DNA of 64,000 nt from Candidatus Latescibacterota bacterium (GTDB lineage Bacteria > Latescibacterota > UBA2968): the NCBI GenBank assembly GCA_965208125.1, contig OZ242320.1, positions 3,328,001 through 3,392,000 on the forward strand, read 5' to 3'. Each line of letters begins with the position of its first letter. The first letter of the stretch is position 1. This document shows positions 1 to 10,245 of this stretch, in pieces. The notes under the pieces are model-generated. The model did not search any database. It saw only the letters and a list, made by a program, of their open reading frames with translations, and was not told the DNA's origin. The position numbers were made by a program, and so were the translations under genes.

Positions 1-568
1 TCCGACTGTCCAGCACGAGGACGCTTCCCGCTGGACCCGTTGCATTCATCTCGGTTGTATAAGGTTCGAGCGGATCCACATCTATATTTCCGGTTGGATT
101 ATTCGACCATCGGTGGCTGCCCGGCACAATCAATGTGCCGCCATTCTCATGGGTAAAAGGAGATAACATCCACAGGGTTGTGATATGCATTACCGCATCT
201 GGATAAGGTGCAAGCACATGTGAGGCGTTGATCTGATTAAACGGCCAGTCTGCATGCCATCTGCCCCGTGGATTGCCCCGGCGGTTGATGGTCGCTGAGA
301 CATAAGACACTTTGACAAAGGAGCCAAAGAGTGCTTCGAGGATAGCCATCAGCCTTGCGTCTGCGAGATAGGGCGCAAGGGACTGGTCATAGCGTATAAA
401 TCCCGGCACGTGTCCGATGCCTTGTTCTGCGGCCTTCGCTCTGCCGTGTATCCCGGTCGAATGCAACACGTGATCGCGTATTGCATCTACCTCATTTTTT
501 GGGATTACGCCTTCTATTACGGTCCAGCCATCTCTGCGGATTCGGTTTAGATCGGTATTTAAACTCAT
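1..568 (-). CDS. Phytanoyl-CoA dioxygenase (PhyH) family Fe(II)/2OG dioxygenase; 3' end runs off window
   Basis: Manual translation from ATG at 568: MSLNTDLNRIRRDGWTVIEGVIP...WHADWP...LWMLSPFTHENGGTLIVPGSH. Shows the HxD and ENG-T-xxPGSH motifs of PhyH. Confidence 0.85.
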   Translation of the reverse strand, partial: MSLNTDLNRIRRDGWTVIEGVIPKNEVDAIRDHVLHSTGIHGRAKAAEQGIGHVPGFIRYDQSLAPYLADARLMAILEALFGSFVKVSYVSATINRRGNPRGRWHADWPFNQINASHVLAPYPDAVMHITTLWMLSPFTHENGGTLIVPGSHRWSNNPTGNIDVDPLEPYTTEMNATGPAGSVLVLDSR

Positions 569-583
569 AGTGCATCCATTTGG

Positions 584-1675
584 TTATATGTCAAATATGA
601 TGACCTGCCGGGCGACGTCGCCTGCGATCAGAGCCTTGAAGGCATCGTCAATATCATCTAAGGATATATTGTGTGAAATCATTTCGTCGATCTTGAGATT
701 GCCCATGAGATACATATCCACATATCGAGGCATATCTACGCGAAAGCGATTGGATCCCATGCTCGATCCCTGAATTTTGCGCTCGCGCAAAAAGTTGTGC
801 CCTGTAAGCTCAATTTTAACGCCCTGGGGAATCATGCCAATAATTGTGGCGGTGCCGCCTTCTTCGAGCATGTAAAAACACTGTTCCGCAGTCTGTTTCA
901 ATCCCACGGCTTCAAAAGAGTAGGCCACGCCTTTTCCACCGGTCAGGTCCATTATTTGCTCAACGGGGTCGCCGTCGTTGGCATTGACCAGGTCTGTCGC
1001 GCCCAATTCTCGGGCCAGTTGCAGTTTGGAAGAGACGGTATCTACTGCAATAATACGCCCTGCGCCACCTATTCGCGCACCCTGTACAGCACTCAGGCCA
1101 ATACCACCACATCCGACAACGGCTACTGTGCTGCCAGGCTCTACTTTGGAGGTGTTGAGCGCGGCACCAACGCCGGTTGTTACACCACATCCGATCAGGG
1201 CTGCTTTGTCCAGTGGCATGTCTTCGCGCACTTTGCATACTGCATTTTCGTGTACCAGCAACTGTTCTGCATAAGAGGCGAGGTTTGCAAATTGGAAGAA
1301 CGCTTGACCATCCTGAGACAGGCGCGGTTTATCTGTCTCTTTGCGCTGTGTCGATTCTCTATCTTCACATAAATTTGGACGCCCGGTGGTGCAGTAGCGA
1401 CAATGTCCGCAAAAGACCGATAGACAGGTGATTACGTGGTCGCCGGGTTTTACATAGGTCACGTCTGGCCCGACTGCCTCTACAATGCCCGCTGATTCGT
1501 GGCCGAGCACGGCAGGTAGCTCGCAGGTATAAAGTCCTTGCTGATAATGAACATCGCTGTGACAGACTCCCGCGGCGGCGGTGCGAATCAAGACCTCGCG
1601 CCCGATTGGGTCGGCAATTTCGACGTCTTCTACACTTATTGGTTGATGTGCTTCGCGCAAAACAGCGGCTTTCAT
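584..1675 (-). CDS. Zn-dependent alcohol dehydrogenase (class III-like MDR)
   Basis: GVCHSD, GHESAG, structural Zn CGHCRYC..C, Rossmann GCGGIG; GGAGG RBS. Confidence 0.92.
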   Translation of the reverse strand: MKAAVLREAHQPISVEDVEIADPIGREVLIRTAAAGVCHSDVHYQQGLYTCELPAVLGHESAGIVEAVGPDVTYVKPGDHVITCLSVFCGHCRYCTTGRPNLCEDRESTQRKETDKPRLSQDGQAFFQFANLASYAEQLLVHENAVCKVREDMPLDKAALIGCGVTTGVGAALNTSKVEPGSTVAVVGCGGIGLSAVQGARIGGAGRIIAVDTVSSKLQLARELGATDLVNANDGDPVEQIMDLTGGKGVAYSFEAVGLKQTAEQCFYMLEEGGTATIIGMIPQGVKIELTGHNFLRERKIQGSSMGSNRFRVDMPRYVDMYLMGNLKIDEMISHNISLDDIDDAFKALIAGDVARQVIIFDI

Positions 1676-1692
1676 GGTGGACCTCCTGTTGT

Positions 1693-3213
1693 TTATTGAC
1701 CTTCTTCTTCCCAGCGGCGAATCACGATTTTGGGATCGAAATAGGTGTTGTTCGGATAGAAATCGGGCAGCGATGTGCGATTCCCCTGTTTCGCACCTTC
1801 CAGATGCAATAGTGCGAGTGGTAGCGCGGTATCGATATTCGATTCGCCTTCCCGACTGTCTGAGACAATCAGGTCATTCACCTGGTATTGCCGCAGCAAT
1901 CGCTCTCCAAGAGAGGTGGCGGACTGCAATAGCACATTATCGCCTGTTGCCGAGTGGAGTTCTAATAAACCGAATAATGCACAGGCGTCGTTTTGTCCTT
2001 TGTTTACCCACGCTTCATCACTTGCAGGCGAACTGCCAGATCCAAAATCCACAGGCGCGTTTAAGTCGCCCCATCCCATCCCCTGGGCTGTGGAAAAAGC
2101 CATTTCTCGAAAACGCACAATACCGGTCAGATGGTATGCCCGCGCGTAAGATAAGAACATCAGTCCATTTGCAGGGACTTTTCTCAGCTTTGTGGGCGGA
2201 CAATAGCCGATTCCTTCATTGCTATTTTCTGGATAGAGGCGGGTGCCGTCATTGATTGCGGGATAAAAGCTGTGGTCATCGATATTATAACAGTGGGTTG
2301 CCAGGGCTTCTAAATCCGCGGTTACCACATCGAGAAATGCTTTGCCTTTTTCACTGCCCAAAGTCTCTGCGGCATTGAGAAAGGTGACGGCGGCTCGTCC
2401 GTATCGAGTTTGAATTACGCCATTGGTGATAACTGTTACTTCGTTGACATCTGTCCGTTCGCTAAATGGTGGTTTGAACGACTCTCTCACCCGACAGGGG
2501 TCGCGGTGATTAAACTGATATCCCGCCAATCCCGCCTCGGGATGCCGAATTTGATCGTATCGGGAAAGTAGATGGTTTGCCCATTTCAAAGGCGTTTTAT
2601 CACCCGAAAGTGCGTGTAACATTGCCCCGCTCAGGATTAAATCGCTTCCCGTGTTGATAAAGGAGAGCGCAGTATTTTCCACAATTGGCAGTGGACCTCC
2701 TTCAAATTCTGCATCCCACTTTTCACGCCACGCTTCGTAAATTCCATGTCGATTAAAGAGCAAGGTGGGCCAATCCCAGATATGCGCGTGCCAGACCGCT
2801 TTGATAAAGCGGCGCATGCATTCGGGATGAACTTTATAGAGGTACGCATAATGCGGATAGACGCACTTCATTTCGTGATTGCCCAGTACTGGTGCGTCCG
2901 TTAAGAGATCGTAGCTTGTATGGCCGCCCCAGTAGAACAGGTCGGATTCTATATCGTGAATTTTATCCAGCGCACAGCCAATCCATTCATCTGCCCGTTT
3001 GTGGTATTTGTCGTTCCCTGTGAGTGTTCCCAATGCATCCAGAACCCGCAAGAAGTTCTGCTGACACGCGAGGTTGGAAAGCATATTTCCTTCCCAAATC
3101 AGCGGCTGCGAGGTCGATAGGTCGAGGCCGTCTGCCAGCATTGTACCGTTTTTGTGTGTACAACGCGCAAATACCTCCTGTACGTGTTTATCTACCACAT
3201 CGATAAATCCCAT
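1693..3213 (-). CDS. Pectate lyase family 2 (PelW-like) alpha/alpha-barrel protein, no signal peptide
   Basis: SNLACQQNFLRVL, FYWGGH, HEMKCVYPHY, FNRHG and FINTGSDLI resemble PL2 signatures. Confidence 0.65.
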   Translation of the reverse strand: MGFIDVVDKHVQEVFARCTHKNGTMLADGLDLSTSQPLIWEGNMLSNLACQQNFLRVLDALGTLTGNDKYHKRADEWIGCALDKIHDIESDLFYWGGHTSYDLLTDAPVLGNHEMKCVYPHYAYLYKVHPECMRRFIKAVWHAHIWDWPTLLFNRHGIYEAWREKWDAEFEGGPLPIVENTALSFINTGSDLILSGAMLHALSGDKTPLKWANHLLSRYDQIRHPEAGLAGYQFNHRDPCRVRESFKPPFSERTDVNEVTVITNGVIQTRYGRAAVTFLNAAETLGSEKGKAFLDVVTADLEALATHCYNIDDHSFYPAINDGTRLYPENSNEGIGYCPPTKLRKVPANGLMFLSYARAYHLTGIVRFREMAFSTAQGMGWGDLNAPVDFGSGSSPASDEAWVNKGQNDACALFGLLELHSATGDNVLLQSATSLGERLLRQYQVNDLIVSDSREGESNIDTALPLALLHLEGAKQGNRTSLPDFYPNNTYFDPKIVIRRWEEEGQ

Positions 3214-3369
3214 GATTGCCCTCCTTGTCTTGAGCCAAACAATTATAGCTCCAATAGACGAAATATCAAAGTGCTCTCACATCCGCTCAACAATCGACTT
3301 GACATTGTTTGCGACTGCAAGCATAAATACATCTCACCTCTTATTTACCAACTACTTTGGAGGAATCAC

Positions 3370-4320
3370 ATGTTAAAAGCCGGATTTATCGGAGCTGGGA
3401 ATCGCAGTCAGGGCGCACATTATCCAAATGTCCACCGTCTGGAACAGGATGTCGAGATGTGCGCGGTTTGCGAACTCGATGAAGAACGTCTGGATCAGGT
3501 TGCAAAAAAATACGAGTTTCCGCAAGTATATACAGATCACAAAAAGATGCTCGACGAAGCCGATCTCGATATCATTTATTGCGTTATGAATGAAAAATGG
3601 ATTTTGCAGACGGCTATTGATTGTATGAATGCGGGCAAACACATTTTTATTGAGAAGCCACCTGGCGCCAATCTCGAAGAAACCGAGCAATTGCTCGAGG
3701 CGGCGGTGTCCAATAATGTGTTCGCCTCGGTCGGGTTTCAGCGGCGCTATACAGCGGTTACGCGCGAGGCTATGCGTCTCGTGGCAGAAAAGGGTCCCGT
3801 TTCATCCATTGTAACGACATTTAACAAACAGATGCTCGGTGGCGATGGCAAAGAATTTACTTCTACTCTGTGGAATGATGTCTGCCATATTGTCGATCTC
3901 ACGCGCTATATGGCCGGGAGTGAACCCGTGAAAGTGACGGCCTATCAGGACAAGTTTGGCGGGGAGAGCTATAATAATTATACGGCTCTTATACGTTTTG
4001 AGAATAACGCGGTCGGTACCATTCATGGCAATCGCGCTTCTGGTGGGCGCGTGTTGCGTTCTGAACTGCACGGTGTGGGTATTGGGTGTTATATGAAGAT
4101 TCCCCAGGAGATCGAGATTCACGAAGACAATCAGGTGCGTACCCTGGGGGGATGGGAAGTTGATGGCGTTGAAGAGGATGATGTCGCCAGTTACGAGGGT
4201 GTTTTGACGATGCACCAGCATTTTGTCGATTGTATCAATAAAAACGAGGTGCCTCACAACGACCTGCGAGATGTTATCCACTCCATCCGCCTGGTGGATC
4301 AACTCGAAGCTAAGGAGTAA
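3370..4320 (+). CDS. Gfo/Idh/MocA oxidoreductase
   Basis: GFIGAG, HIFIEKPP, GFQRRY, CHIVD; start at ATG 3370 after GGAGG. Confidence 0.9.
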   Translation: MLKAGFIGAGNRSQGAHYPNVHRLEQDVEMCAVCELDEERLDQVAKKYEFPQVYTDHKKMLDEADLDIIYCVMNEKWILQTAIDCMNAGKHIFIEKPPGANLEETEQLLEAAVSNNVFASVGFQRRYTAVTREAMRLVAEKGPVSSIVTTFNKQMLGGDGKEFTSTLWNDVCHIVDLTRYMAGSEPVKVTAYQDKFGGESYNNYTALIRFENNAVGTIHGNRASGGRVLRSELHGVGIGCYMKIPQEIEIHEDNQVRTLGGWEVDGVEEDDVASYEGVLTMHQHFVDCINKNEVPHNDLRDVIHSIRLVDQLEAKE

Positions 4321-5303
4321 ATGTGCTCGGGTGAGCCAACCAGTTCGCCCGCAGCCTCTAATACTTCGATTCCAGCATCTTTTTTGTACGCATTTTCGCT
4401 GATGTATCGCCGCCAGGTTTTTGCACCCGGCACGCCGGCAAATAGCCCTATGAGATGTCGCGCAATATGGTGCAATCGCGTACCGCGTTCGAGTTGCTCG
4501 GAGACATAGGGTAAATATGCGTGCAGAATTTCATGCCGAGAAGGTATTGGGCGAGTCTCACCGAAAAATCGATGGTCGGCATCGGATAGAAAATAGGGGT
4601 TTGAATAGGCTTCCCGTCCGACCATCACGCCATCGACACGCGCCAGATGCGCGGCGGCTTCGTCGAGCGATGTAATCCCCCCGTTGATTATGACATCCAG
4701 ATCTGGAAAATCGCGTTTGATGCGATAGACTATGTCGTAAGATAATGGCGGAATTTCTCTGTTTTCTTTGGGACTCAGACCCTGAAGCCATGCTTTGCGC
4801 GCGTGAAATGCAAAGATACGGCATCCCGATTCGGCAACGGTCTGGACAAAATGGACCAGTTCTTCGTAAGAATCGCGATTGTCAACGCCAATTCGCGTTT
4901 TCACGGTTACGGAAATATTCACCGCGTCGCGCATTGCGCCTAAACAATCGCGTACCCGTTCGGGTTCTTTCATCAAGTACGCGCCAAAAAGCCCCGATTG
5001 TACGCGATCGCTCGGGCATCCCACATTCAGATTAATCTCATCATATCCCCAATCTTCTCCCACTTTGGCGCACAGTGCGAGGTCGGCGGGGTCGCTTCCA
5101 CCCAATTGCAGTGCTATGGGATGTTCAATCGGATTAAATCCCAATAAACGCGTGCGGTCGCCGTGTATGATTGCGCCGGTGGCAACCATTTCGGTGTATA
5201 GCAAAACCCGTTTGGTGATCAGGCGCAAAAAATACCGCTCGTGCCGGTCTGTACAATCCATCATGGGGGCGATTGAAAATCGCCTGCTCTGTCCAATAGC
5301 CAT
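4299..5303 (-). CDS. dusA: tRNA dihydrouridine(20/20a) synthase DusA
   Basis: FSIAPMMD, LYTEMV, ALQLGGS, NLNVGCPSDRVQ, HARKAWLQGLSPKENREIPPL. Confidence 0.93.
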   Translation of the reverse strand: MAIGQSRRFSIAPMMDCTDRHERYFLRLITKRVLLYTEMVATGAIIHGDRTRLLGFNPIEHPIALQLGGSDPADLALCAKVGEDWGYDEINLNVGCPSDRVQSGLFGAYLMKEPERVRDCLGAMRDAVNISVTVKTRIGVDNRDSYEELVHFVQTVAESGCRIFAFHARKAWLQGLSPKENREIPPLSYDIVYRIKRDFPDLDVIINGGITSLDEAAAHLARVDGVMVGREAYSNPYFLSDADHRFFGETRPIPSRHEILHAYLPYVSEQLERGTRLHHIARHLIGLFAGVPGAKTWRRYISENAYKKDAGIEVLEAAGELVGSPEHIYSLASS

Positions 5304-5313
5304 ATAAAAACTC

Positions 5314-5355
5314 AAAAAAAAACGAGTCGATCACATAGGGCAACCGACTCGTTTT
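5314..5355 (-). terminator. Intrinsic terminator downstream of the hydroxypyruvate reductase gene
   Basis: Inverted repeat AAAACGAGTCG...CGACTCGTTTT followed by a U9 tract on the minus strand. Confidence 0.7.
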
Positions 5356-5374
5356 GGATTAACACCAGTGTTTG

Positions 5375-6520
5375 TCATGCATAATCGGGAAGCCCGACTT
5401 CACTTGCATTGACAATACTGGGGGCTGCCTGTGGGGGATTGTCGCCGAGGAAGGGCAACACACCGTCCGGATCTTGCCACGCACCATATCCATTCAGAAC
5501 ACCAGCCACATTCGAGGCCGCCAGAGTGGCCATTCCCGAGCGGGTCCATATTGTCGCCGATGCAATATGCGGTACAATGACCACATTGGGCAACTCTTTA
5601 AGCCCGGGTTTCATCAGGGGTTCGTCTTCAAATACATCGAGGCCGACTTTGAAATCGGGATGGGTTTGGCAGTGTGCGACCAGTGCGACTTCGTCGATGA
5701 CGGGACCGCGGCTGGCGTTGATGAGTATCGCATTGTCCTTCATCAGTGCAAGACGCTCGGTGTTCATCAGGTGGAAGGTGGTGTCATCCAATAGCGGATG
5801 TAAGCTCACCACATCGGCAACTCTCAACACGTCTTCGACCGAGTCCAAACGCTGGCAGGTTATGGGTTCATCGCCCTGAGCTTTTAAGAACTCGCCATAA
5901 GCCGCGATATAATTTTCCATATATTCATTGGGATACGGGTCAAAATAAACCACGTTCATCTTGAACCCTTCGGACATCATTTTGGCATACGCACAGCCGA
6001 TGCGACCAGCGCCGATTACGCCAACTGTTTTCCCGGTCATCAATTCGCCCAGATAAAGCGTGGGCAACCAGCCGTGATATTTTTCGGCGCGCATAAAAGC
6101 ATCGGCTTCGATTACCCGACGCGCTGCTGAAAAGGTGAGGGAGACGGCCATTTCCGCGGTGGTCTCGGTCAATACACCCGGCGTATTGCCCACCGGTATG
6201 CCGTATTTTGTCGCTACGCCAACATCTACATTATTGTATCCCACGGCATAGTTGGAATACGCTTTGCCTCCCGCATTCTTGAGGGCGGTGAACAGTTCTT
6301 CGCCCCACTTTTCCGTCAACTGTCCGATTACGCCATCGCATTGATCGCCGATTTTGTCTCTGATTTCTTCGACACTTAAAATTTCCGTCGATGTGCCAAT
6401 CTCCACGCGGCAATCAGCCGCCGTGAGTATCTCAAGCCAGCGGTCGCCGGGCAATTCTTTGGTTACGACTACGCGCTTGCTGCCCGATTCGTTGTGTGTT
6501 CTCCAGTCATTGGTGCTCAA
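5375..6520 (-). CDS. Hydroxypyruvate reductase / D-glycerate dehydrogenase (plant HPR1-like)
   Basis: AVGYNNVD, NTPGVLTETTAE, GAGRIG, INASRGPVIDE, GLDVFEDEP, PHIAS; TTG start after GGAGG. Confidence 0.88.
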   Translation of the reverse strand: MSTNDWRTHNESGSKRVVVTKELPGDRWLEILTAADCRVEIGTSTEILSVEEIRDKIGDQCDGVIGQLTEKWGEELFTALKNAGGKAYSNYAVGYNNVDVGVATKYGIPVGNTPGVLTETTAEMAVSLTFSAARRVIEADAFMRAEKYHGWLPTLYLGELMTGKTVGVIGAGRIGCAYAKMMSEGFKMNVVYFDPYPNEYMENYIAAYGEFLKAQGDEPITCQRLDSVEDVLRVADVVSLHPLLDDTTFHLMNTERLALMKDNAILINASRGPVIDEVALVAHCQTHPDFKVGLDVFEDEPLMKPGLKELPNVVIVPHIASATIWTRSGMATLAASNVAGVLNGYGAWQDPDGVLPFLGDNPPQAAPSIVNASEVGLPDYA

Positions 6521-6570
6521 AATACATCCTCCTTGAATTATGCGTTTTATTCAGAAAATTGCGAATGTGA

Positions 6571-6599
6571 AATATAATCAACCAAGGCGTTTGGTTCAA
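6571..6599 (-). promoter_or_regulatory. Sigma70-type promoter of the HPR gene
   Basis: TTGAAC-17 bp-TATATT on the minus strand. Confidence 0.5.
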
Positions 6600-6630
6600 G
6601 AAAATCTCGTTTTGTGGAGTGGCAGATAGT

Positions 6631-9600
6631 CTAAGCGTTTTCGACTACAGGCTCGATGTCGAGAACCTCGCGGTCGAGTTTGGGGGGTGTTCCTTTGCCA
6701 TTGAGCCAGTAGTCAGCCATTTTTCTGGCAGCGGCCATCTTGGGCCAGATTACTTCGCGGTAGCCCCGCACGTCGTCGGGGAGGCGTAGCGCTTTCACAT
6801 AAGTATCGTATCGCTCGGCACTGTGAAAATCAAAAGCATCTACCAGATCGATATACCAGTCTCGATAGTTTTTTTCTTCGCGGTGCCAGGCCGGAAGTCT
6901 GCGTAAAAAGCGCGCGCGCTTCATGAGATTGAGCATCCAGTCGCGGGTTTGAATATCGAATCTGATGTCCAGTCCCAGGACGGTGAAATGCGGGCGGGTT
7001 AAATGCCTGTAAGAAATCCGGTCGCCGCGATCTGGATCGACATCGTAACGCGCGCGATCGCGGCGATACTTTTCCTCGCTTGTCAATAGATGGGCCACAT
7101 AGATTTCATCTTTATAAGCCATCACGCGGGCGAGAAAGCGCACTACGGTATCGGTTGCGCGATACTGATGTTGGGCATTGTCGCGGTCGTAAATCCTTTT
7201 TACGCGGACGATATAGGACTGCGCGTATTCGACGCCGTCCCATTGGATGAGGTCGTAAACGCCGAGGGCAAATTGCAATTTTGTCGCGTCAGAAAGAGAC
7301 CAGTCGGCGACTGTCTCTGAGAGGGTGCGATAGGTTTCGGTCAATTTTTCGCCCCGCGTTTTTGCCAAAATTTTCGCTTTATCGTCGATGAGATCTCTGT
7401 ATGTGGTTACGAGTTTGGGTTTGAAAAATGCATCGGGATCCAGAGCGGCTTTGCGCCCCATCTCAAATGCTTTGAGATTGGCTTCGAGTTCATTCGATTT
7501 GATATTTTGCTTCATCGCCCAGCGGATATTTTCCAGCGTGAGGGGCAGTGCCCCCCGTTGAAATGCCGCGCCCAGCAAGATGCTGTTGGCATAGATTTTA
7601 TTGCCCAGATATCGTTCGGAGATTTCGCCGAGGTCCATCCCAAAATACGTGTCGGGATTGGTATAACGCCGCAACATATCCTCCAGATGATCTGTATCAA
7701 AATCGTCTCGTCCAATCATCGACAAAATAGTTTCGCGTTTGCCGGTTTCTACGACAGCTGTGGTGCGCTGAGGGCTGCCTACGCGACCGGTTCCATTCGG
7801 ATCTAATCCGCGTACGGCCTCCAGAATGTCCAATCCCAATAGCAAGTCTGCATGTCCATAGGGCGTCAATTGCGAAATCACCCGCTCGTCTTTGGTAAAA
7901 CTGACGTGCGAATACACGCCGCCATTGCGGATAGCCAGTCCCTTTTTGTTGGTAAATCGAACGGTATATCCCTGTTTCGCGCCTGCAACGGCGATAATCG
8001 CAGAGATGGTATTGATGCCCATGCCGCCTACGCCAGCCACATACGCGTACCACGCCGTATCAAAGTCGCGGCATTCGGGTTCGGGAATATTCGATAGATC
8101 AATCGACTCGGTTTGTACTTCGGGCGCGCGCGATCGATGAATTGTCAGGCTTTCAAAAGAGGGACACGTTTTATCGCCATTGGCAACTTCGACTTTTGTA
8201 CACGCGCCATCTGCAACGCACAAAGACAGATCGGTCGCGACTTTTGGACCGTGAAGCGATTCTTCTACGGTCAAGCCGCTACATCCGGTTGCCTGCGTGC
8301 ATTCCAGGCAATATTCACAGACTTCTGGCGTGATGTTGATGTGGGTTTCTTCCGACAGAAATCCCTTTTCCCGAACGGTCTGAATCTGCTCTGCGCGCAC
8401 GCGACGGTGATATGTTATGCCGCACTCTTTGTCGGCAATGACAATTTTGACGCCGTCTTTTAGAAGTGCTTGTTCCAGGACATCGCGATATGCCTCCCGG
8501 TTTGCCGGGTTCATGCGGGCGACCATCACCGGGCCGTTTGTACCGCCCCCCAAACCGCGCACGACCTGTTCAATATCCTGGGCAAAGGTCGAGCGTCCCA
8601 TCAGGTCGATATCTACCCCTGGCGTGGGCTGATGCCCCGTCATTGCCGTGGTTTTATTGTCTAAAATGACATAGGTAATATCTTGCCCGTGTTTAATCGA
8701 ATCGGAAATCGCCGCCATTCCACTATGAAAAAATGTCGAATCGCCCATGAATACGAGTTGTTTGTTGTCGATAAAAGGATCGATACCCGCACCCGTGCCA
8801 CCACCGAGTCCCATTCCCGACAAATTGTGCATCAGCCGGTTAAATGGCTCGTATTTCAGCAGGGAATAACATCCGATATCCCCGTGAAAAATCAGATCCA
8901 TCGGATCTGTGCTGTGCTTGCGCTGCATGTAATCGCCATCTTGAAAATCGTCGATCATCTTGTCCAGCACGCTGGCTGAATCTCGGTGCGGGCAGCCCGG
9001 GCAGAACGAGGGTGTGCGAACCGATGCGCTCAGGTCATAAGTTTCTGTTTGTGCCATCAGGGCTACAACGGTGTCAATGCGCCTGGCATCTACAGGTACT
9101 GTGGGGTCGTCGAGCGATTTTAACATTGGGGCCAGCACATTGAGTGTGATGCTCGGGTTCAGGCCACAACTGTCGGGAAAACCGCGTCCATGAGGAAAGC
9201 GTTTGCCCCATATCCGGAACGCATTTGTTTTGCCGGCTTGATACAGGTTTTGCAAGGCAGTGGCAATTTGTTCTTCCAGAAAACCGCGTTTTTCTTCCAC
9301 CACGTAAATTTCATCGACCATATTTGTAAATTCGCGCAAAATCTCCGAATCAATTGGATAGGTAATCCCGTATTTCAAAATGGGAATGCTGCCCCCCAAC
9401 CCAACCATATTGAGCGCGTGTTCCAAATAACAATAGGCCAAACTGCTGGTGACAAAGCCGATCCGCTTTTTGCCAGAGTCTGGCCGATATAAAATTCGAT
9501 TCAGCCCGTATTCTTTTGCAAGGGTGAGCAGCTTGGGAAAACGCTGCTCGAGGACCTCCTGTTCTTTTATTACAGTATGTGGTGGAATAATCACCCGATC

Positions 9601-10236
9601 ATCTGGAGAAATCGTCTGTGGATCCAGGCGGATGGGGTGGTTAAATGTTTTTTCGGGAAACTGGTTTGCGTGTACCTCAACAGTACCCCCGCCATCTGCC
9701 TGATTGGATGTCACGAGGTAGGCGATATAAAGCCGGGTTTTTTCGGACAACTCAAAGGCTACTTTGATCCAGTCTTTCATTTCCTGAAAGGTGCTGGGTT
9801 CGAATATGGGCATGTACAAATGTTTGGCGATAAAACGAGAATCCGCGGGCACTTGTGTACCTTCAGACCACGTATCATCGCCAAATACAGCAACCGCAGC
9901 AGCACCCTCACCTGTTCCGGCCATATTGCCCAGTGCCAGCGCGTCTGAAGCGACATGCGCGCCCACGCTTTTCATCACTGCGATGGCGCGAATGGATTCC
10001 ATCTGTGCTCCATTGAGACGCGCAGCCCCCAGGGCCTCGTTGTTGGCAATTTGCACCATCACGCCTTTTTCCACCAACAACTCGCGGATGCGCTCTGCAG
10101 CATCAAATACTTCTGCCACGGGTGAGCCGGGATATCCCGTCATCAATCCCATGCCGCCTTCGAGGCTACCCTTGACAATCAATTCATTGCCCGTAAAAAT
10201 GCCGGGCCCTTTTTCAAGTGTAAATCGAGGATCCAT
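6631..10236 (-). CDS. Fused indolepyruvate:ferredoxin oxidoreductase (alpha+beta, single chain)
   Basis: GYPGSP, RTPSFCPGCPH, GDIGC, TPP motif GDSTFFHSG..N..TAMTGHQP, ferredoxin CEYCLEC, GVGGMG, MAYKDEIYVA. Confidence 0.88.
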   Translation of the reverse strand: MDPRFTLEKGPGIFTGNELIVKGSLEGGMGLMTGYPGSPVAEVFDAAERIRELLVEKGVMVQIANNEALGAARLNGAQMESIRAIAVMKSVGAHVASDALALGNMAGTGEGAAAVAVFGDDTWSEGTQVPADSRFIAKHLYMPIFEPSTFQEMKDWIKVAFELSEKTRLYIAYLVTSNQADGGGTVEVHANQFPEKTFNHPIRLDPQTISPDDRVIIPPHTVIKEQEVLEQRFPKLLTLAKEYGLNRILYRPDSGKKRIGFVTSSLAYCYLEHALNMVGLGGSIPILKYGITYPIDSEILREFTNMVDEIYVVEEKRGFLEEQIATALQNLYQAGKTNAFRIWGKRFPHGRGFPDSCGLNPSITLNVLAPMLKSLDDPTVPVDARRIDTVVALMAQTETYDLSASVRTPSFCPGCPHRDSASVLDKMIDDFQDGDYMQRKHSTDPMDLIFHGDIGCYSLLKYEPFNRLMHNLSGMGLGGGTGAGIDPFIDNKQLVFMGDSTFFHSGMAAISDSIKHGQDITYVILDNKTTAMTGHQPTPGVDIDLMGRSTFAQDIEQVVRGLGGGTNGPVMVARMNPANREAYRDVLEQALLKDGVKIVIADKECGITYHRRVRAEQIQTVREKGFLSEETHINITPEVCEYCLECTQATGCSGLTVEESLHGPKVATDLSLCVADGACTKVEVANGDKTCPSFESLTIHRSRAPEVQTESIDLSNIPEPECRDFDTAWYAYVAGVGGMGINTISAIIAVAGAKQGYTVRFTNKKGLAIRNGGVYSHVSFTKDERVISQLTPYGHADLLLGLDILEAVRGLDPNGTGRVGSPQRTTAVVETGKRETILSMIGRDDFDTDHLEDMLRRYTNPDTYFGMDLGEISERYLGNKIYANSILLGAAFQRGALPLTLENIRWAMKQNIKSNELEANLKAFEMGRKAALDPDAFFKPKLVTTYRDLIDDKAKILAKTRGEKLTETYRTLSETVADWSLSDATKLQFALGVYDLIQWDGVEYAQSYIVRVKRIYDRDNAQHQYRATDTVVRFLARVMAYKDEIYVAHLLTSEEKYRRDRARYDVDPDRGDRISYRHLTRPHFTVLGLDIRFDIQTRDWMLNLMKRARFLRRLPAWHREEKNYRDWYIDLVDAFDFHSAERYDTYVKALRLPDDVRGYREVIWPKMAAARKMADYWLNGKGTPPKLDREVLDIEPVVENA

Positions 10237-10245
10237 CAATATCCT

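Noticed and set aside
4299-5303. dusA as an integration hotspot for dusA-associated islands
   Set aside because: No integrase or duplicated dusA 5' segment in the window.
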